A stretch of 64,000 nucleotides of DNA, taken from positions 1,864 through 65,863 of the forward strand of contig DEKW01000006.1 of the NCBI GenBank assembly GCA_002354055.1. The letters run 5' to 3'. Below are positions 34,130 through 44,947 of the stretch, in pieces; within the stretch, counting starts at the first letter, position 1; each line of letters begins with the position of its first letter. The stretch is from Bacteroidales bacterium UBA2712 (GTDB lineage: Bacteria > Bacteroidota > Bacteroidia > Bacteroidales > Paludibacteraceae). Both the position numbers and the translations under genes were made by a program. The notes below the pieces were generated by a model. It was not told where the DNA came from and did not search any database. It was given only the letters and a program-made list of their open reading frames with translations.

Positions 34130-37100
34130 ATGAAAACGAATATCTTGACAAATATACGAGTTTGGGCAATCATGATGGTTTGCCTGACAGTGCTGGGCGT
34201 TGGAAATGCGTGGGGTGCTGTTGTTAGTGGGACAACATACAACACCAACAGTGGTAATACACCTACTGGTTGGACGATAAGTGGAGGAACCGGAACAGGA
34301 GGCACTTACATCGGTTTGACATACGATGACAAGTATATTCAGACGGATGAGTTTTGTGTCAGTTCTTTCAGTAGCATAACTTTAAGTGCAAGAAAGTATG
34401 GTGGTCCGTCAGATGCAGAAGCATTGATAACTGTATCGTGGTGGGTCGGAGGTGTAGAAACCGTATTAGGAACAGTGGCTCCAACCGGTACGTCATTAAG
34501 CAATTATACAATTAGTTCTCCGGCATCTGTTTCGGCGAATTCAGAAGGGTATGTCAAAATATCATGTAAATCATCGGCCAGCGGTAAAGGCTCAGGTGTT
34601 GGGGCTGTTACCATTAGTTATACAGCGGGAACACCGACGCCTCACACTGTGACATTTAATGCAGAAGGAGGAACATGTGGGACGAGTAGTTTAACCGGTA
34701 CAAGTGTAACACTACCTGCAGCGACAGGATGTCCTTCGGAGGGTTGGGAATTTTACGGATGGGCGACGGCGCGATGTGCTTCATCTACCCCTACAGCTCC
34801 GACAATTGTTGGTAAAGCAGGTGATACGTATAAGCCAGCCGCCGACATTGAATTACATGCCGTATATGCAACAGGTGAGTACACGAAAATTACCAGTACC
34901 GGCGCAATAACAAGCGGTGGAAAATATATAATAGCTGGAGAGTATAGCGGAGATAATTATGTAATGACTAACACGACTACGACAGATGCGTATGGCACGT
35001 GGTTAGTGGGAACCGTAATAAGTGAAGATCCTACCAATAAGTACCATGCAGCAAAAATTAATGCCGCATGGCTTTGCACTATTACTGCTACTAGTGACAA
35101 ATACTATATACAAAATGCAAGCGGAGGATGGATAGATACTTATTACCAGAGCAGCGATTGGTATAATCACACACCTCAGGATACATATGATAAATACACC
35201 ATTGATTTTAGTGCCGGGGATGGGACTTGTACTATTAATAACTCATATGGAACGAAGTCCTATCTTACTTTGTTTACTGATGGGACATTTGGACCTAATG
35301 ATGATGGATATGCATTGTATCTATACAAACAAACCACCACTCCTGCCTATTGGAGTGATCCTCCATGTTGTTCGAACAAAGTGGCAGTGAGCTATAATTC
35401 GGCGGGGAGTACGCATGTATCGGCAATGACATTCTCGGCGGCAAGTATTGCGACTTGTGGAGGAGCGTCTACAAGACAAGTGACGGTATCTGTGACGCCG
35501 ATTTCGGGATATCTCTTCAAAGCGGGAGATGAGTTGACTTGGACCAAGAGCAGTGGAACGATTCCTGCCGCTCCGACATTGGTAAGTGGTCCAACACTCA
35601 ATGCCGGTAAATATGAGTTTGTTTATGAATTTGCGCAGAACGATAATGGCGCAGGTACGTTTGCTGCAACCGCTTCGACATTGATCAATTATCGTACGGT
35701 ATGTTGTACGGAGTATGATATAGCATTGAATAATAGCGGTAGTGCTACAGGCGGAACATTCAGCGCAAGCAAGGCAAGAGCCTGCGAGGGAAATGAGGTG
35801 ACCTTGACGGCGACACCGGATGCATGTTATGTATTCGGCAGTTGGACGATAAAGAAACATTCCGACAATTCCGACGTAACAACAAGCGTATTAGCCGGAA
35901 ATACACTTACGATGCCGGACTACGCTGTAGATGTATATGCCACATTTACCAGCAAGACTGTTTCCGCACTCAGTCTAAGCATGACCGGCGGACATCAGAA
36001 TCTGGATATAGGAGAGACGAATCAATTGTTAGTTTCATACACTCCGGCAGATGCTATCTGCGATAATGCAATCGATACATGGTCCAGCAGCAACAGTCTG
36101 ATACTTGATGTAAACAGTAGTGGTTTAGTGACTGCAGTAAGTGCCGGAAGTGCGACTATAACTGCGACTACAGAGGGAGGCGTTAGTAATACATACACTA
36201 TTACTGTCAATTCACCGGCTTGCGATTCATGGTTCATGCATCACTGGAACAACTCGACGAATGGCGATGAGTGCTTCTATCAGTATAGCGGCACAGACTG
36301 GCGTACGAACAATATCTCATTGCCGAGCAGCAGCAGTGAGGAGAAGTTCAATGTCAACAATGCAGCCGGCAACCCTGATGCCAAGAAGAAAGATGTTGAG
36401 TTTAATACATTGGGTTTTGCAGACATCCAACGTGGTGGTAATAGCTGCGGAAGTAATCCATACCCCGGACAAAATGCCTATGGAAAGATGGGCATTTATA
36501 CCAATTCGGGCGACAATAACCGTTTTGTGGCTTTCTATCCGGACAAATACATGGTGACATACGGAAAAGAGGGCCAAGCATGGAGTACATTGACATTCAG
36601 CAATACCACAGGTTATGAATATGAGAGTCCCGTATTCCAAGTACCAAGCGGATACAAGAACGACAATACCTATAAATACTATGTAGGTATTAACAATAGT
36701 AGCGATGCCATTCTGTTCGTTACTGGCAAGAGTAGTACCGACGCTATGAACGGCGTGAGCGGTTTGAGTAGCAGCGACATGGGAGGCAAATGGGGTAAAT
36801 GGCATATCTATTCAAACTCATGTGCCAACAACTGGTATTGTGAGTTCATCCGCTACTATCAAGTTGACTTTGCTCTAAATGGCGGAGAGGGTAGTATCGC
36901 ACCGCGTTATGGCAAGACAACTACTCCTTATGTCACATTCAACACAAGCGAGATAACTCCTCCGACAAAATCCGGTTACACATTCCTCGGCTGGAGTGAT
37001 GGAGTGAACACATACGCGCCTTCCGGTGCTACTGTGACTATTGACGGTGACAAGACGCTGACCGCTCAGTGGGCAGCGAACCACACCTTATCTTATAATT

Positions 37101-40100
37101 ATAACGGCGGTGACGGTTCGAGTTGCGTAGGCGGCACGAAATATACAGGCGAGTCGTTCACGGCTTGCTCGAGTGCCGGAGATAAGGAAGGTCACACCTT
37201 TACCGGCTGGTTGGGCAGCAACAGCGTAAGTTATACGGCAGGTTCAAGTTATTCGATGCCGGATGCTGATTTGACGCTGACCGCACAATGGAATCCGGAT
37301 GAATATAACATCACGTATAAGGATCAAGGTGACGCGGCTTATTCCGGAAACAAGACGGATGGTCGTCCGACAGGCAACCCCGCAACGCATACATATGGCT
37401 CTGCGACTGCGTTAGTGGATGGTGTCAAAGCAGGTTACCGTTTTGACGGTTGGTACACGAATAGTACTTGCACCGAAGGACCGGTAACATCTATTGGCGC
37501 AACGGCTAAAACGGCGGACTTCACGCTGTATGCTAAATGGACGCAAGTTTGGACTATTTCGTGGAAGATTTGGAACAACGCTGAAAGTCGTTATGACGAG
37601 TATGCAGGTGACGGCACTCATACAACAGAGGTTGTCGCCGGCGGTACCATCAGCAAGATACCGACTAATCCGGCAGACAATGCATTAAGCAGTTGCGCAA
37701 GCAAGTTCATGGGGTGGAGCGAGACATGTTTAGGCTCCGATGTAGGACAGAGCGCACCGGGTGACTTGTTTACCACGACACCGGTCGGAAGCATTACAGC
37801 CGATAAGACCTATTATGCGGTGTATGCGAGTGTTGATGATCCGGAATCATGGACCAAAACAGCACTTGGAAGTGTTACTGCCGGTACCTATGTTTTATTG
37901 GATGCTAACGATTATGCATTCAACGGAACTATCAATAATAGTGGACATGGAGAGATTACCGAGTCGGCATTTAGTTTTTCCGCAGGAGTTGCTACATCAG
38001 CGCCAGAGGGTATTTGTGAGATGGAATTCCAAGCAGTAAGCGGAGGTTTCAAGATGTATAATCCGAAAACAGAGAGATACCTCTATGCTACTGCGGCTTC
38101 ATCTGGTAAATTGGCATGGGCAGTTTCCGATGATGATTACTGGTATCTTAATAATAGTAACTGGACATATAGTGCGACATATAGTGGCAATCACCCAATT
38201 GTTCGTACATACAATAACTTGATGAGGTCCTATGCTCCTTCGACCACTAATGGTATAGCCTTAGTGGTAGCGAAGAAGACTCCGGGTACTTGGAAAGATT
38301 ATGTCACTTCTTGCTGTGGTACAGCGGCTGTGACGAACGGCGGTTATACTAATGTGACTGGTTCGGGAAGTACGATGTCTGCCAAGGTTACTTGGACCGA
38401 TGCGGCTAACACTAACCGTTATCGCGTTGTATGTGAGGACTTGAGCATTGATGCTATTTCTACTAATAAATATTACACGACTGCCGGCGTAATGACCTCG
38501 TGTACGGACTATACGTTCAATGTATATGCTGCGCCCGAAGGCGGATGTCAGTCTGCGCCGTTAGAGATAACCGTTTCGCCTGTGGAGGCAGCGAGGACAG
38601 TAACGTTCAACTACAATGGAAGCGGACAAGCAACCGGATCTTTCACAACCGATTGTACGCATAGTTCAACTAACTTGCCGACGCCGGACGCTTATGCCGG
38701 TCACCGTTTTGACGGTTGGTGGACATTATCCAGCGGAGGTAGTTCGGTTGGCGCTGCAGGAGCAGAATATACTCCTACTGCGTCAATAGAGATATTTGCA
38801 CATTGGATCGCTATAGCCGACTTGACCTATGACGGCGATGTAACGGGTACTTGTACGGGCACGAGCAGTACGGATGTAGGTTCTTCCGTAACGGCTTGTA
38901 CTCCAGCAAGTCGCGACCATTACACCTTTGATTATTGGATTCGTAGCGATAATAGCGCACATGTTAATGCAGGTGCAACGTTCACAATGCCGGCATCCGC
39001 ATTGACTCTTACCGCACATTGGACTGCAGATTCATATACCATCAATTATTATGATCAGGGTGGCAGTGCTTACTCTGGTTCAAATAGTGGTTCACTTCCT
39101 AGTACGCACTCATATGGAATAGCGTCTATTCTTCCGAATGGTGTGAAAGAAGGCTATCGCTTCGATGGCTGGTTCACCTCGAGCGCGTGCACGGGTGATC
39201 CTATTACATCTATTGCATCTGATGCAGAAGGACCGTTTATATTATATGCAAAGTGGACTGCATCCCACACGTTTACGTTCAGCAAGAACGGCGTTGTGGA
39301 TGGTACGTTGACACTCGGTCAGGTAGAAGGCGGCAATGTGATCATGCCGAATACGACTGTAGATTGCGGTCTGTGGACAACTTTCGAAGGCTGGGTTATT
39401 GGTGATGTAGCAGAGACGACTACCGAACCGGCGACGATTTACAAGCCGGGTGATATCTATGTTGCGGGAAATAGCGACCAAGAGTTTAAGGCGGTTTACT
39501 CGAAGCACGAAGGGGATGCAAGTGTATATTACGAGAAAGTGACCAGTGGTCCGAAGAGTGGCGATTATATATTGGTATCTTCAGCGAAGAGCGATGTGTA
39601 TTATACTACTACAGGTTGGAATAGTGGCTCAAGTATCTATTCTACCGCAGCAATTACTCTGTCATTAGAGGGAACAATTAGTTCTGCTAGCGCTACTTCT
39701 GCTGGCGCTAATACATTTACTATTCACTCCGGACACAATGGTGCAAATGTAGGTAAGTTTGCTATGTACGACGGAACTAAATACATGGAAAGCGGTAGTA
39801 GCATTACTCGTCAGGATGGACAAAGTTATAGCTGGGAGTTACTAGATGGAAGCACTAAGGTTAATGACAAAGATTATATACCAGGAGCAGGCGCTATCCA
39901 TTCTACTGCCTCAACTACGTATGTATTGCAATTGCGCAACCATAGTAATGCAGACCGTTTCAGTATGTATGCCAATACGCAGAATCTGGACGTTTACCTC
40001 TATCGCAAGAAAATAGCAGGAACGACGTATTATACGACGGCACCGGGAAGTTGTGACGTGCCGACAGAGATCACAGTAAGTTACAACGACAACAAAGCGC

Positions 40101-43100
40101 ACGCCGGCGACCAGACTATCAGCGGCATGCCGAGCGGAACAACGTTAACGTTTACTTCGTATCCTAACTTTGTAAGTTATACTATAGGAGCAGCACCGAC
40201 TGACCCGACGGGTTATCATTTCGCAGGCTGGAACACTCAGGCGGATGGTAACGGCGATGACTATGCAGCAGGCGCAAGCGTGACGACATTCGGCTATAGA
40301 GAAACGATTACGTTGTATGCTAAGTGGGAGCGCGTATATACGGTAACGCTGTATGATAATGGTGTTGAGCGGACGAGACTGACGCAGGCGAGTGCCGGAG
40401 CAAATGTGACGCTTCCGAGCGGAAACAACTGTGGTGTTGGTAGCGCATTTACATTTGTTGGATGGACGGATAGTCCTGTACAATTAAATGCGGAGCCTGT
40501 TCGCCCGAACATTGTATCTGGTGCCGGCGAATGGGGCGATGACGAGTTGACAGATGATATTACGCTGTACTCCGTTTATTCGAAGTCCGTAGCCGGTTGC
40601 GATGATTTCGCAGCAGGTGTCAGCGGAGCGTATAAGTTTACTGATAAAGCATCCGAAGAATATGCTCTTGCAGCCGGAGGAACTTCAAGTAGTTATGCAA
40701 GAGGTTCATCGGGTGATGCAGAAGTATTCTATATAGGATACTCACCCGCTAAGAGTGCTTATACCATCCGCACGTCTACAGGATATTTAGGTTGGTTTGG
40801 GGCTTCCGGTTCTGAAGCATTGACGAAGGGCAATACTACGCCATATTATTGGAATATCACGGCAGGTACCGGTGCTAATTCTGGTTATTGGTACTTTGAG
40901 CCGGTTGGAATTTCAGGAAAGCAATTTAGTGGTAATAGCGGTAGTAAATTCCAAGTACATGGTAACAGCACGAAGTACTACATTCAATTGACCAAAATTG
41001 CCATGACGTACTACTATAACACGGCTATTTGTGGAGAGAATAGCATTACTTTCCATGACGGAGGCGGTACGATTAGCGGTACGCCGACGATGCCGGATGG
41101 CGCAAGTTGGAATAGTGGCACGCACGTATTGAGCGGATTGGATGACTGCGACAAGATTACCGAGTTCCCGACGGCCAATTATGACGGATGGACGTTTGTC
41201 GGCTGGAGTACAGAGGACTATAGCAATAGTGGAAAGCATATAGCAGATTATGCGGAAGAGAATGCCAGCACGGATGAACCTGATGCCTCCATAATCTATA
41301 AGACCGGCGGTAATCCGTATGTGGTTCGTGGTGGTAGTATTGATCTGTATCCTGTCTTTACCCGCTTCCCGGACAACGAACCGTTTGACTTGGAAAACGG
41401 AGGTACTTACTATATGTATTATCTTGATCCAGCTTCAGATGATGGTTATGGTGCTCCTCAACGCAGATACGCAGGTGAATGGGATGGTACCAAACGGTAT
41501 AAAGCTGTGACTAATTGTGCAGAAGCAACCGCGTTTGTATTCTCTAAAGAAGGCGATATATGGCATATTCGGAATGTAAGCACAAGCAAATGGCTCGGAG
41601 GTAAGAGTAGCGACGACTGGTTGATAGAGAACTCATCCCTTGGTACGTTGACCGATTGGACCATTACGATTCGTAGCGGAAACCAGTTCAATGTAAGTTG
41701 TCAGAGCGGACGTCAAATCATTGTATATGATAATTTCTTCATGGACTATGCATCTACGAATCTGGATAATAACCCTGGCTACCATTGTGTCTATCTGGGT
41801 AGTTGCGAGGAGCGTATCTTCTCGTCTGAGCCTCACGCCGTACCGACAATTGACTTGATAGGTTCTCCGATAATAACCTCCAGTGTAGGTCAGCGTGTAC
41901 GTGCCACGGAGGCCATGACGCTGAGCGGTTCACACTTGGCGGGTGCAACGAAGATCACATTGTCCAGTACCAACCTGACATTTGCGACAAGTGCGACTGC
42001 TACTCCGGCTGCTAACTTGGAAGTCACGGTAACATCCGGAAGTGTAGCTGAAACGAACATTTATGTATATTACACACCTGGAGTAGGCGACACCAGCGAT
42101 GGTATAGAGAGTATCATCGTAACCGCCACGGATAACGGAACGGTACCTGCTGAGGCGAAAGCGAATGTCAGTGTTCGTCACCTGCCGGCAGACTTTGTGA
42201 TTGCTGCTAAGTGGGGCGACAAGTGGTACGCGTTGCCAAACACCTGTAATGATAGTAAGAGTTCGACGACCGGCGTGGTGATCACCGTGGATAACGACAA
42301 TGACCCGACCTGTGCAACGGCTGCGCCGAGTACTGCCAAGTGGGGATTGCGTCAGACGAAACAGCCGGCACGTATCACTGCAGGCTATGCCGATCGTCTT
42401 ACTTTCACGGAGCGCGGTACAACCGCCACAGCGGACAATCAGCAAGCGTTGTATAACTACAACAGCGCGGATGTCTATACCAATGCGCAGTGGACCAATT
42501 ACGCGAATACGAATCCGGATCGCTATGAGTGGATTCCGGTGACGGCAGACTTCAAGGATTATACATTGACGAATGCAAGTGAAAGCAAGCCGCTGATCCT
42601 GCGTAATGACGGTGAGTTTAAGGCGCAGACTACTAATCAGGCATATAACGGAAAGGTTCGTCTGTTGCCGGCTACATTCTATGAAGAAGCACCTGTGCAG
42701 ATTGTAGAATGGAAGGCCAACAGCGTAGTAGTCATGTACACAGGAACTGAGACATCGGCAACAACAAAAGTAGGTACTAACAGCGCAAGTGCATCACAGA
42801 CATTGAGCACACACAAACTGACACATGGTATCTACGAGTTGACGACAGGACAAAGTCTTGCTTCAAATGACGGAAAGAATCTCTTATTGACATTCGGTTC
42901 TATGAAGAAAGTATTTGAGATACCTGTAATTATTACCGGCAACTCAACTGCATACTCCGGTCATGAAAAACAAGATGTAGTGATTGTAAACGGAGGTAAA
43001 CTGTCAGCGGCTGCCACCAAATATAGTTATCACAATATTTATGTATATGGCGGTGGTAAGTTGAAGATAGCGAGTGAAACGAATCTTGGTGTGAATAATA

Positions 43101-44551
43101 TCATTCTGCGTGCGGGTGGTATCACCACCAGTGGCATCGGTTCTTCGCCTTCGGCAACGTACGAGTACGTTTATCCGCAAGTAGAATTAGGCGGAACGCT
43201 AACCAGTACAAAGACGGATATCAAGTACGAATACATCACCGACTATGACCATTGGTATCAGCTCTGTTTACCGTTCAATGCTACGCTGAGCAGTATTCAT
43301 TACCCGCAAGAGTATTACGGCGATAATGTGACAGCCTCCAATACCGGCAGTTGGGTTATCAAACGCTACGCCGGTGAGGTTCGTGCGACGGGTAACTACG
43401 ACGCATGGAAAGATATAGAAACCGAAAGTGCAACCTCTGTAACCGCCGGTCATGGATATATCTATTGGGGCGCTCCGAAGAAAGTATCTGTAGGAGGTGC
43501 CGCTAAACAACGTCAGCAATGGGGTATCCAGCGTATCACCATGCCTATTACGGCAACGGCAGCTACTACTGCGGAGACGGCGGACAAGAACATATCCGTT
43601 GATTCCTATAGTGAAGTGGCGACAAGCGATAAACCGAATGACCAAGGATGGAACCTCGTCGGTAACCCGTATATGGTGGACTTGACCGACTTGAGCAGCA
43701 ACAGTATGATTGCCGGTCAGTTGGTTCATACAGAGATTGTTCCTTGGGACGGCAAATGGAGGAATAACGGTGATGGTGTACGTTATGTAACGATCCCGGA
43801 TAATCACTTTGATTCCTATGTGGCAAAGACGGCTTCTGTGGCATCCGGAGAAGGAGACTTTATGCCGGGTCGTGCATTCTTCGTACAGATTGCAGGAGGC
43901 GCAAGCACGTTGACCTTCGCTGCCGCTAACCGCGCATCGTTGACACCTGCACGCTTTGCACAAACCGCTCAATCGGTGGATATAGAAACAGGTATCGTCA
44001 TGAGCGATGAGTCCAAACACGATGAAGTGAACTTCTGGATCAAGGAAGATAAGACGGCAGAGTACGAATACAATGCTGATTATCCGAAGACGCCGAACAA
44101 TACGAACTTCAATATCTATGGCGTCCACAGTCATGGAGACCTGAGCTGGATTGCTATCAGTCCGGAGATCGCAGAGGGTTCAATGGCTATCGGTTATCAA
44201 GTACCGACGGCAGGAGAATACCGATTGAGTTTGAGCGAGACGTATGTTTCGGATAAGATAGACCAACTGCTCGTCACCGACCATGAGATGAGTCCGGAGA
44301 TTACGACAAACCTGTTAACCGAAGATTATGTCTTCCATGTTAATCAGGCAGAGACGAACAATACTCGTTTCACCGTTTCTATCCATCTGGCTCCGCAGAC
44401 ACCGACAGATATCGGAAATGTGCCGAGCGAAGGAATGAATGCGGATCATGCGAAACCGCAGAAGTTCATCTATCACGACAAGTTGTACATCTTGCGAAAC
44501 GGCGTGATTTATGACGCAACGGGTAAAAAAGTGAAAGGAGGCCTGAAATGA
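34130..44551 (+). CDS. Giant (about 3473 aa) secreted surface protein / putative adhesin
   Basis: Signal peptide MKTNILTNIRVWAIMMVCLTVLGVGNAWG. Flg_new-type units are present (e.g. HTVTFNAEGG...GWEFYGWAT, YQVDFALNGG...GYTFLGWSD...LTAQW, YNITYKDQG...GYRFDGWYT...LYAKW). A Big_2 domain lies at about 35950-36215 (…LVTAVSAGSATITATT…). A novel ~150-aa module recurs. The C-terminal motif QKFIYHDKLYILRNGVIYDATGKKV is present. I chose the ATG at 34130. Confidence 0.85.
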   Translation: MKTNILTNIRVWAIMMVCLTVLGVGNAWGAVVSGTTYNTNSGNTPTGWTISGGTGTGGTYIGLTYDDKYIQTDEFCVSSFSSITLSARKYGGPSDAEALITVSWWVGGVETVLGTVAPTGTSLSNYTISSPASVSANSEGYVKISCKSSASGKGSGVGAVTISYTAGTPTPHTVTFNAEGGTCGTSSLTGTSVTLPAATGCPSEGWEFYGWATARCASSTPTAPTIVGKAGDTYKPAADIELHAVYATGEYTKITSTGAITSGGKYIIAGEYSGDNYVMTNTTTTDAYGTWLVGTVISEDPTNKYHAAKINAAWLCTITATSDKYYIQNASGGWIDTYYQSSDWYNHTPQDTYDKYTIDFSAGDGTCTINNSYGTKSYLTLFTDGTFGPNDDGYALYLYKQTTTPAYWSDPPCCSNKVAVSYNSAGSTHVSAMTFSAASIATCGGASTRQVTVSVTPISGYLFKAGDELTWTKSSGTIPAAPTLVSGPTLNAGKYEFVYEFAQNDNGAGTFAATASTLINYRTVCCTEYDIALNNSGSATGGTFSASKARACEGNEVTLTATPDACYVFGSWTIKKHSDNSDVTTSVLAGNTLTMPDYAVDVYATFTSKTVSALSLSMTGGHQNLDIGETNQLLVSYTPADAICDNAIDTWSSSNSLILDVNSSGLVTAVSAGSATITATTEGGVSNTYTITVNSPACDSWFMHHWNNSTNGDECFYQYSGTDWRTNNISLPSSSSEEKFNVNNAAGNPDAKKKDVEFNTLGFADIQRGGNSCGSNPYPGQNAYGKMGIYTNSGDNNRFVAFYPDKYMVTYGKEGQAWSTLTFSNTTGYEYESPVFQVPSGYKNDNTYKYYVGINNSSDAILFVTGKSSTDAMNGVSGLSSSDMGGKWGKWHIYSNSCANNWYCEFIRYYQVDFALNGGEGSIAPRYGKTTTPYVTFNTSEITPPTKSGYTFLGWSDGVNTYAPSGATVTIDGDKTLTAQWAANHTLSYNYNGGDGSSCVGGTKYTGESFTACSSAGDKEGHTFTGWLGSNSVSYTAGSSYSMPDADLTLTAQWNPDEYNITYKDQGDAAYSGNKTDGRPTGNPATHTYGSATALVDGVKAGYRFDGWYTNSTCTEGPVTSIGATAKTADFTLYAKWTQVWTISWKIWNNAESRYDEYAGDGTHTTEVVAGGTISKIPTNPADNALSSCASKFMGWSETCLGSDVGQSAPGDLFTTTPVGSITADKTYYAVYASVDDPESWTKTALGSVTAGTYVLLDANDYAFNGTINNSGHGEITESAFSFSAGVATSAPEGICEMEFQAVSGGFKMYNPKTERYLYATAASSGKLAWAVSDDDYWYLNNSNWTYSATYSGNHPIVRTYNNLMRSYAPSTTNGIALVVAKKTPGTWKDYVTSCCGTAAVTNGGYTNVTGSGSTMSAKVTWTDAANTNRYRVVCEDLSIDAISTNKYYTTAGVMTSCTDYTFNVYAAPEGGCQSAPLEITVSPVEAARTVTFNYNGSGQATGSFTTDCTHSSTNLPTPDAYAGHRFDGWWTLSSGGSSVGAAGAEYTPTASIEIFAHWIAIADLTYDGDVTGTCTGTSSTDVGSSVTACTPASRDHYTFDYWIRSDNSAHVNAGATFTMPASALTLTAHWTADSYTINYYDQGGSAYSGSNSGSLPSTHSYGIASILPNGVKEGYRFDGWFTSSACTGDPITSIASDAEGPFILYAKWTASHTFTFSKNGVVDGTLTLGQVEGGNVIMPNTTVDCGLWTTFEGWVIGDVAETTTEPATIYKPGDIYVAGNSDQEFKAVYSKHEGDASVYYEKVTSGPKSGDYILVSSAKSDVYYTTTGWNSGSSIYSTAAITLSLEGTISSASATSAGANTFTIHSGHNGANVGKFAMYDGTKYMESGSSITRQDGQSYSWELLDGSTKVNDKDYIPGAGAIHSTASTTYVLQLRNHSNADRFSMYANTQNLDVYLYRKKIAGTTYYTTAPGSCDVPTEITVSYNDNKAHAGDQTISGMPSGTTLTFTSYPNFVSYTIGAAPTDPTGYHFAGWNTQADGNGDDYAAGASVTTFGYRETITLYAKWERVYTVTLYDNGVERTRLTQASAGANVTLPSGNNCGVGSAFTFVGWTDSPVQLNAEPVRPNIVSGAGEWGDDELTDDITLYSVYSKSVAGCDDFAAGVSGAYKFTDKASEEYALAAGGTSSSYARGSSGDAEVFYIGYSPAKSAYTIRTSTGYLGWFGASGSEALTKGNTTPYYWNITAGTGANSGYWYFEPVGISGKQFSGNSGSKFQVHGNSTKYYIQLTKIAMTYYYNTAICGENSITFHDGGGTISGTPTMPDGASWNSGTHVLSGLDDCDKITEFPTANYDGWTFVGWSTEDYSNSGKHIADYAEENASTDEPDASIIYKTGGNPYVVRGGSIDLYPVFTRFPDNEPFDLENGGTYYMYYLDPASDDGYGAPQRRYAGEWDGTKRYKAVTNCAEATAFVFSKEGDIWHIRNVSTSKWLGGKSSDDWLIENSSLGTLTDWTITIRSGNQFNVSCQSGRQIIVYDNFFMDYASTNLDNNPGYHCVYLGSCEERIFSSEPHAVPTIDLIGSPIITSSVGQRVRATEAMTLSGSHLAGATKITLSSTNLTFATSATATPAANLEVTVTSGSVAETNIYVYYTPGVGDTSDGIESIIVTATDNGTVPAEAKANVSVRHLPADFVIAAKWGDKWYALPNTCNDSKSSTTGVVITVDNDNDPTCATAAPSTAKWGLRQTKQPARITAGYADRLTFTERGTTATADNQQALYNYNSADVYTNAQWTNYANTNPDRYEWIPVTADFKDYTLTNASESKPLILRNDGEFKAQTTNQAYNGKVRLLPATFYEEAPVQIVEWKANSVVVMYTGTETSATTKVGTNSASASQTLSTHKLTHGIYELTTGQSLASNDGKNLLLTFGSMKKVFEIPVIITGNSTAYSGHEKQDVVIVNGGKLSAAATKYSYHNIYVYGGGKLKIASETNLGVNNIILRAGGITTSGIGSSPSATYEYVYPQVELGGTLTSTKTDIKYEYITDYDHWYQLCLPFNATLSSIHYPQEYYGDNVTASNTGSWVIKRYAGEVRATGNYDAWKDIETESATSVTAGHGYIYWGAPKKVSVGGAAKQRQQWGIQRITMPITATAATTAETADKNISVDSYSEVATSDKPNDQGWNLVGNPYMVDLTDLSSNSMIAGQLVHTEIVPWDGKWRNNGDGVRYVTIPDNHFDSYVAKTASVASGEGDFMPGRAFFVQIAGGASTLTFAAANRASLTPARFAQTAQSVDIETGIVMSDESKHDEVNFWIKEDKTAEYEYNADYPKTPNNTNFNIYGVHSHGDLSWIAISPEIAEGSMAIGYQVPTAGEYRLSLSETYVSDKIDQLLVTDHEMSPEITTNLLTEDYVFHVNQAETNNTRFTVSIHLAPQTPTDIGNVPSEGMNADHAKPQKFIYHDKLYILRNGVIYDATGKKVKGGLK
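44459..44548 (+). other. Coding segment for the shared C-terminal motif (QKFIYHDKLYILRNGVIYDATGKKVKGGLK)
   Basis: Aligned by eye with four other C-termini in the window. This is the most divergent copy. Confidence 0.7.
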
Positions 44552-44934
44552 AAACATTGAGATATATGTTGATTGTAGCAGCCTTGCTGAGCGTCATGAG
44601 CATTGAGGCGCATATGTTTGACAAGACTTGGGGGCAAAAGCCCGTGGTAGAAATGCACTCTACTTCAGCGATGGCTTATTCGGGTTCGACCCTTCCGCAG
44701 GCTGCGGCTACCGGAGTTACTCTGGCAACAGTAGCAGACGTAGAAACCAGCACCAGACCCTATCACCCCGGACGTATTCGCAGAGCTGAGGATGATGAAG
44801 ATGATGATACACCTCCTACAGATCCCCACGGACCTAATGAGGATCCCTTAGGTGACGTCCTCTGGCCGCTGATGCTGATGGCACTGGCTTATGTGGTGTA
44901 CCTTAAGACTCGAAAAAAGAAAGAAAATATATAA
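44548..44934 (+). CDS. Small secreted/anchored protein: signal peptide, acidic Pro-rich stretch, C-terminal TM helix and basic tail
   Basis: ATGA start/stop overlap with the giant gene. Sequence elements: MKTLRYMLIVAALLSVMSIEA; ...RRAEDDEDDDTPPTDPHGPNEDPLGD; VLWPLMLMALAYVVYL; KTRKKKENI. Confidence 0.6.
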   Translation: MKTLRYMLIVAALLSVMSIEAHMFDKTWGQKPVVEMHSTSAMAYSGSTLPQAAATGVTLATVADVETSTRPYHPGRIRRAEDDEDDDTPPTDPHGPNEDPLGDVLWPLMLMALAYVVYLKTRKKKENI

Positions 44935-44947
44935 TAATCAATCTATC

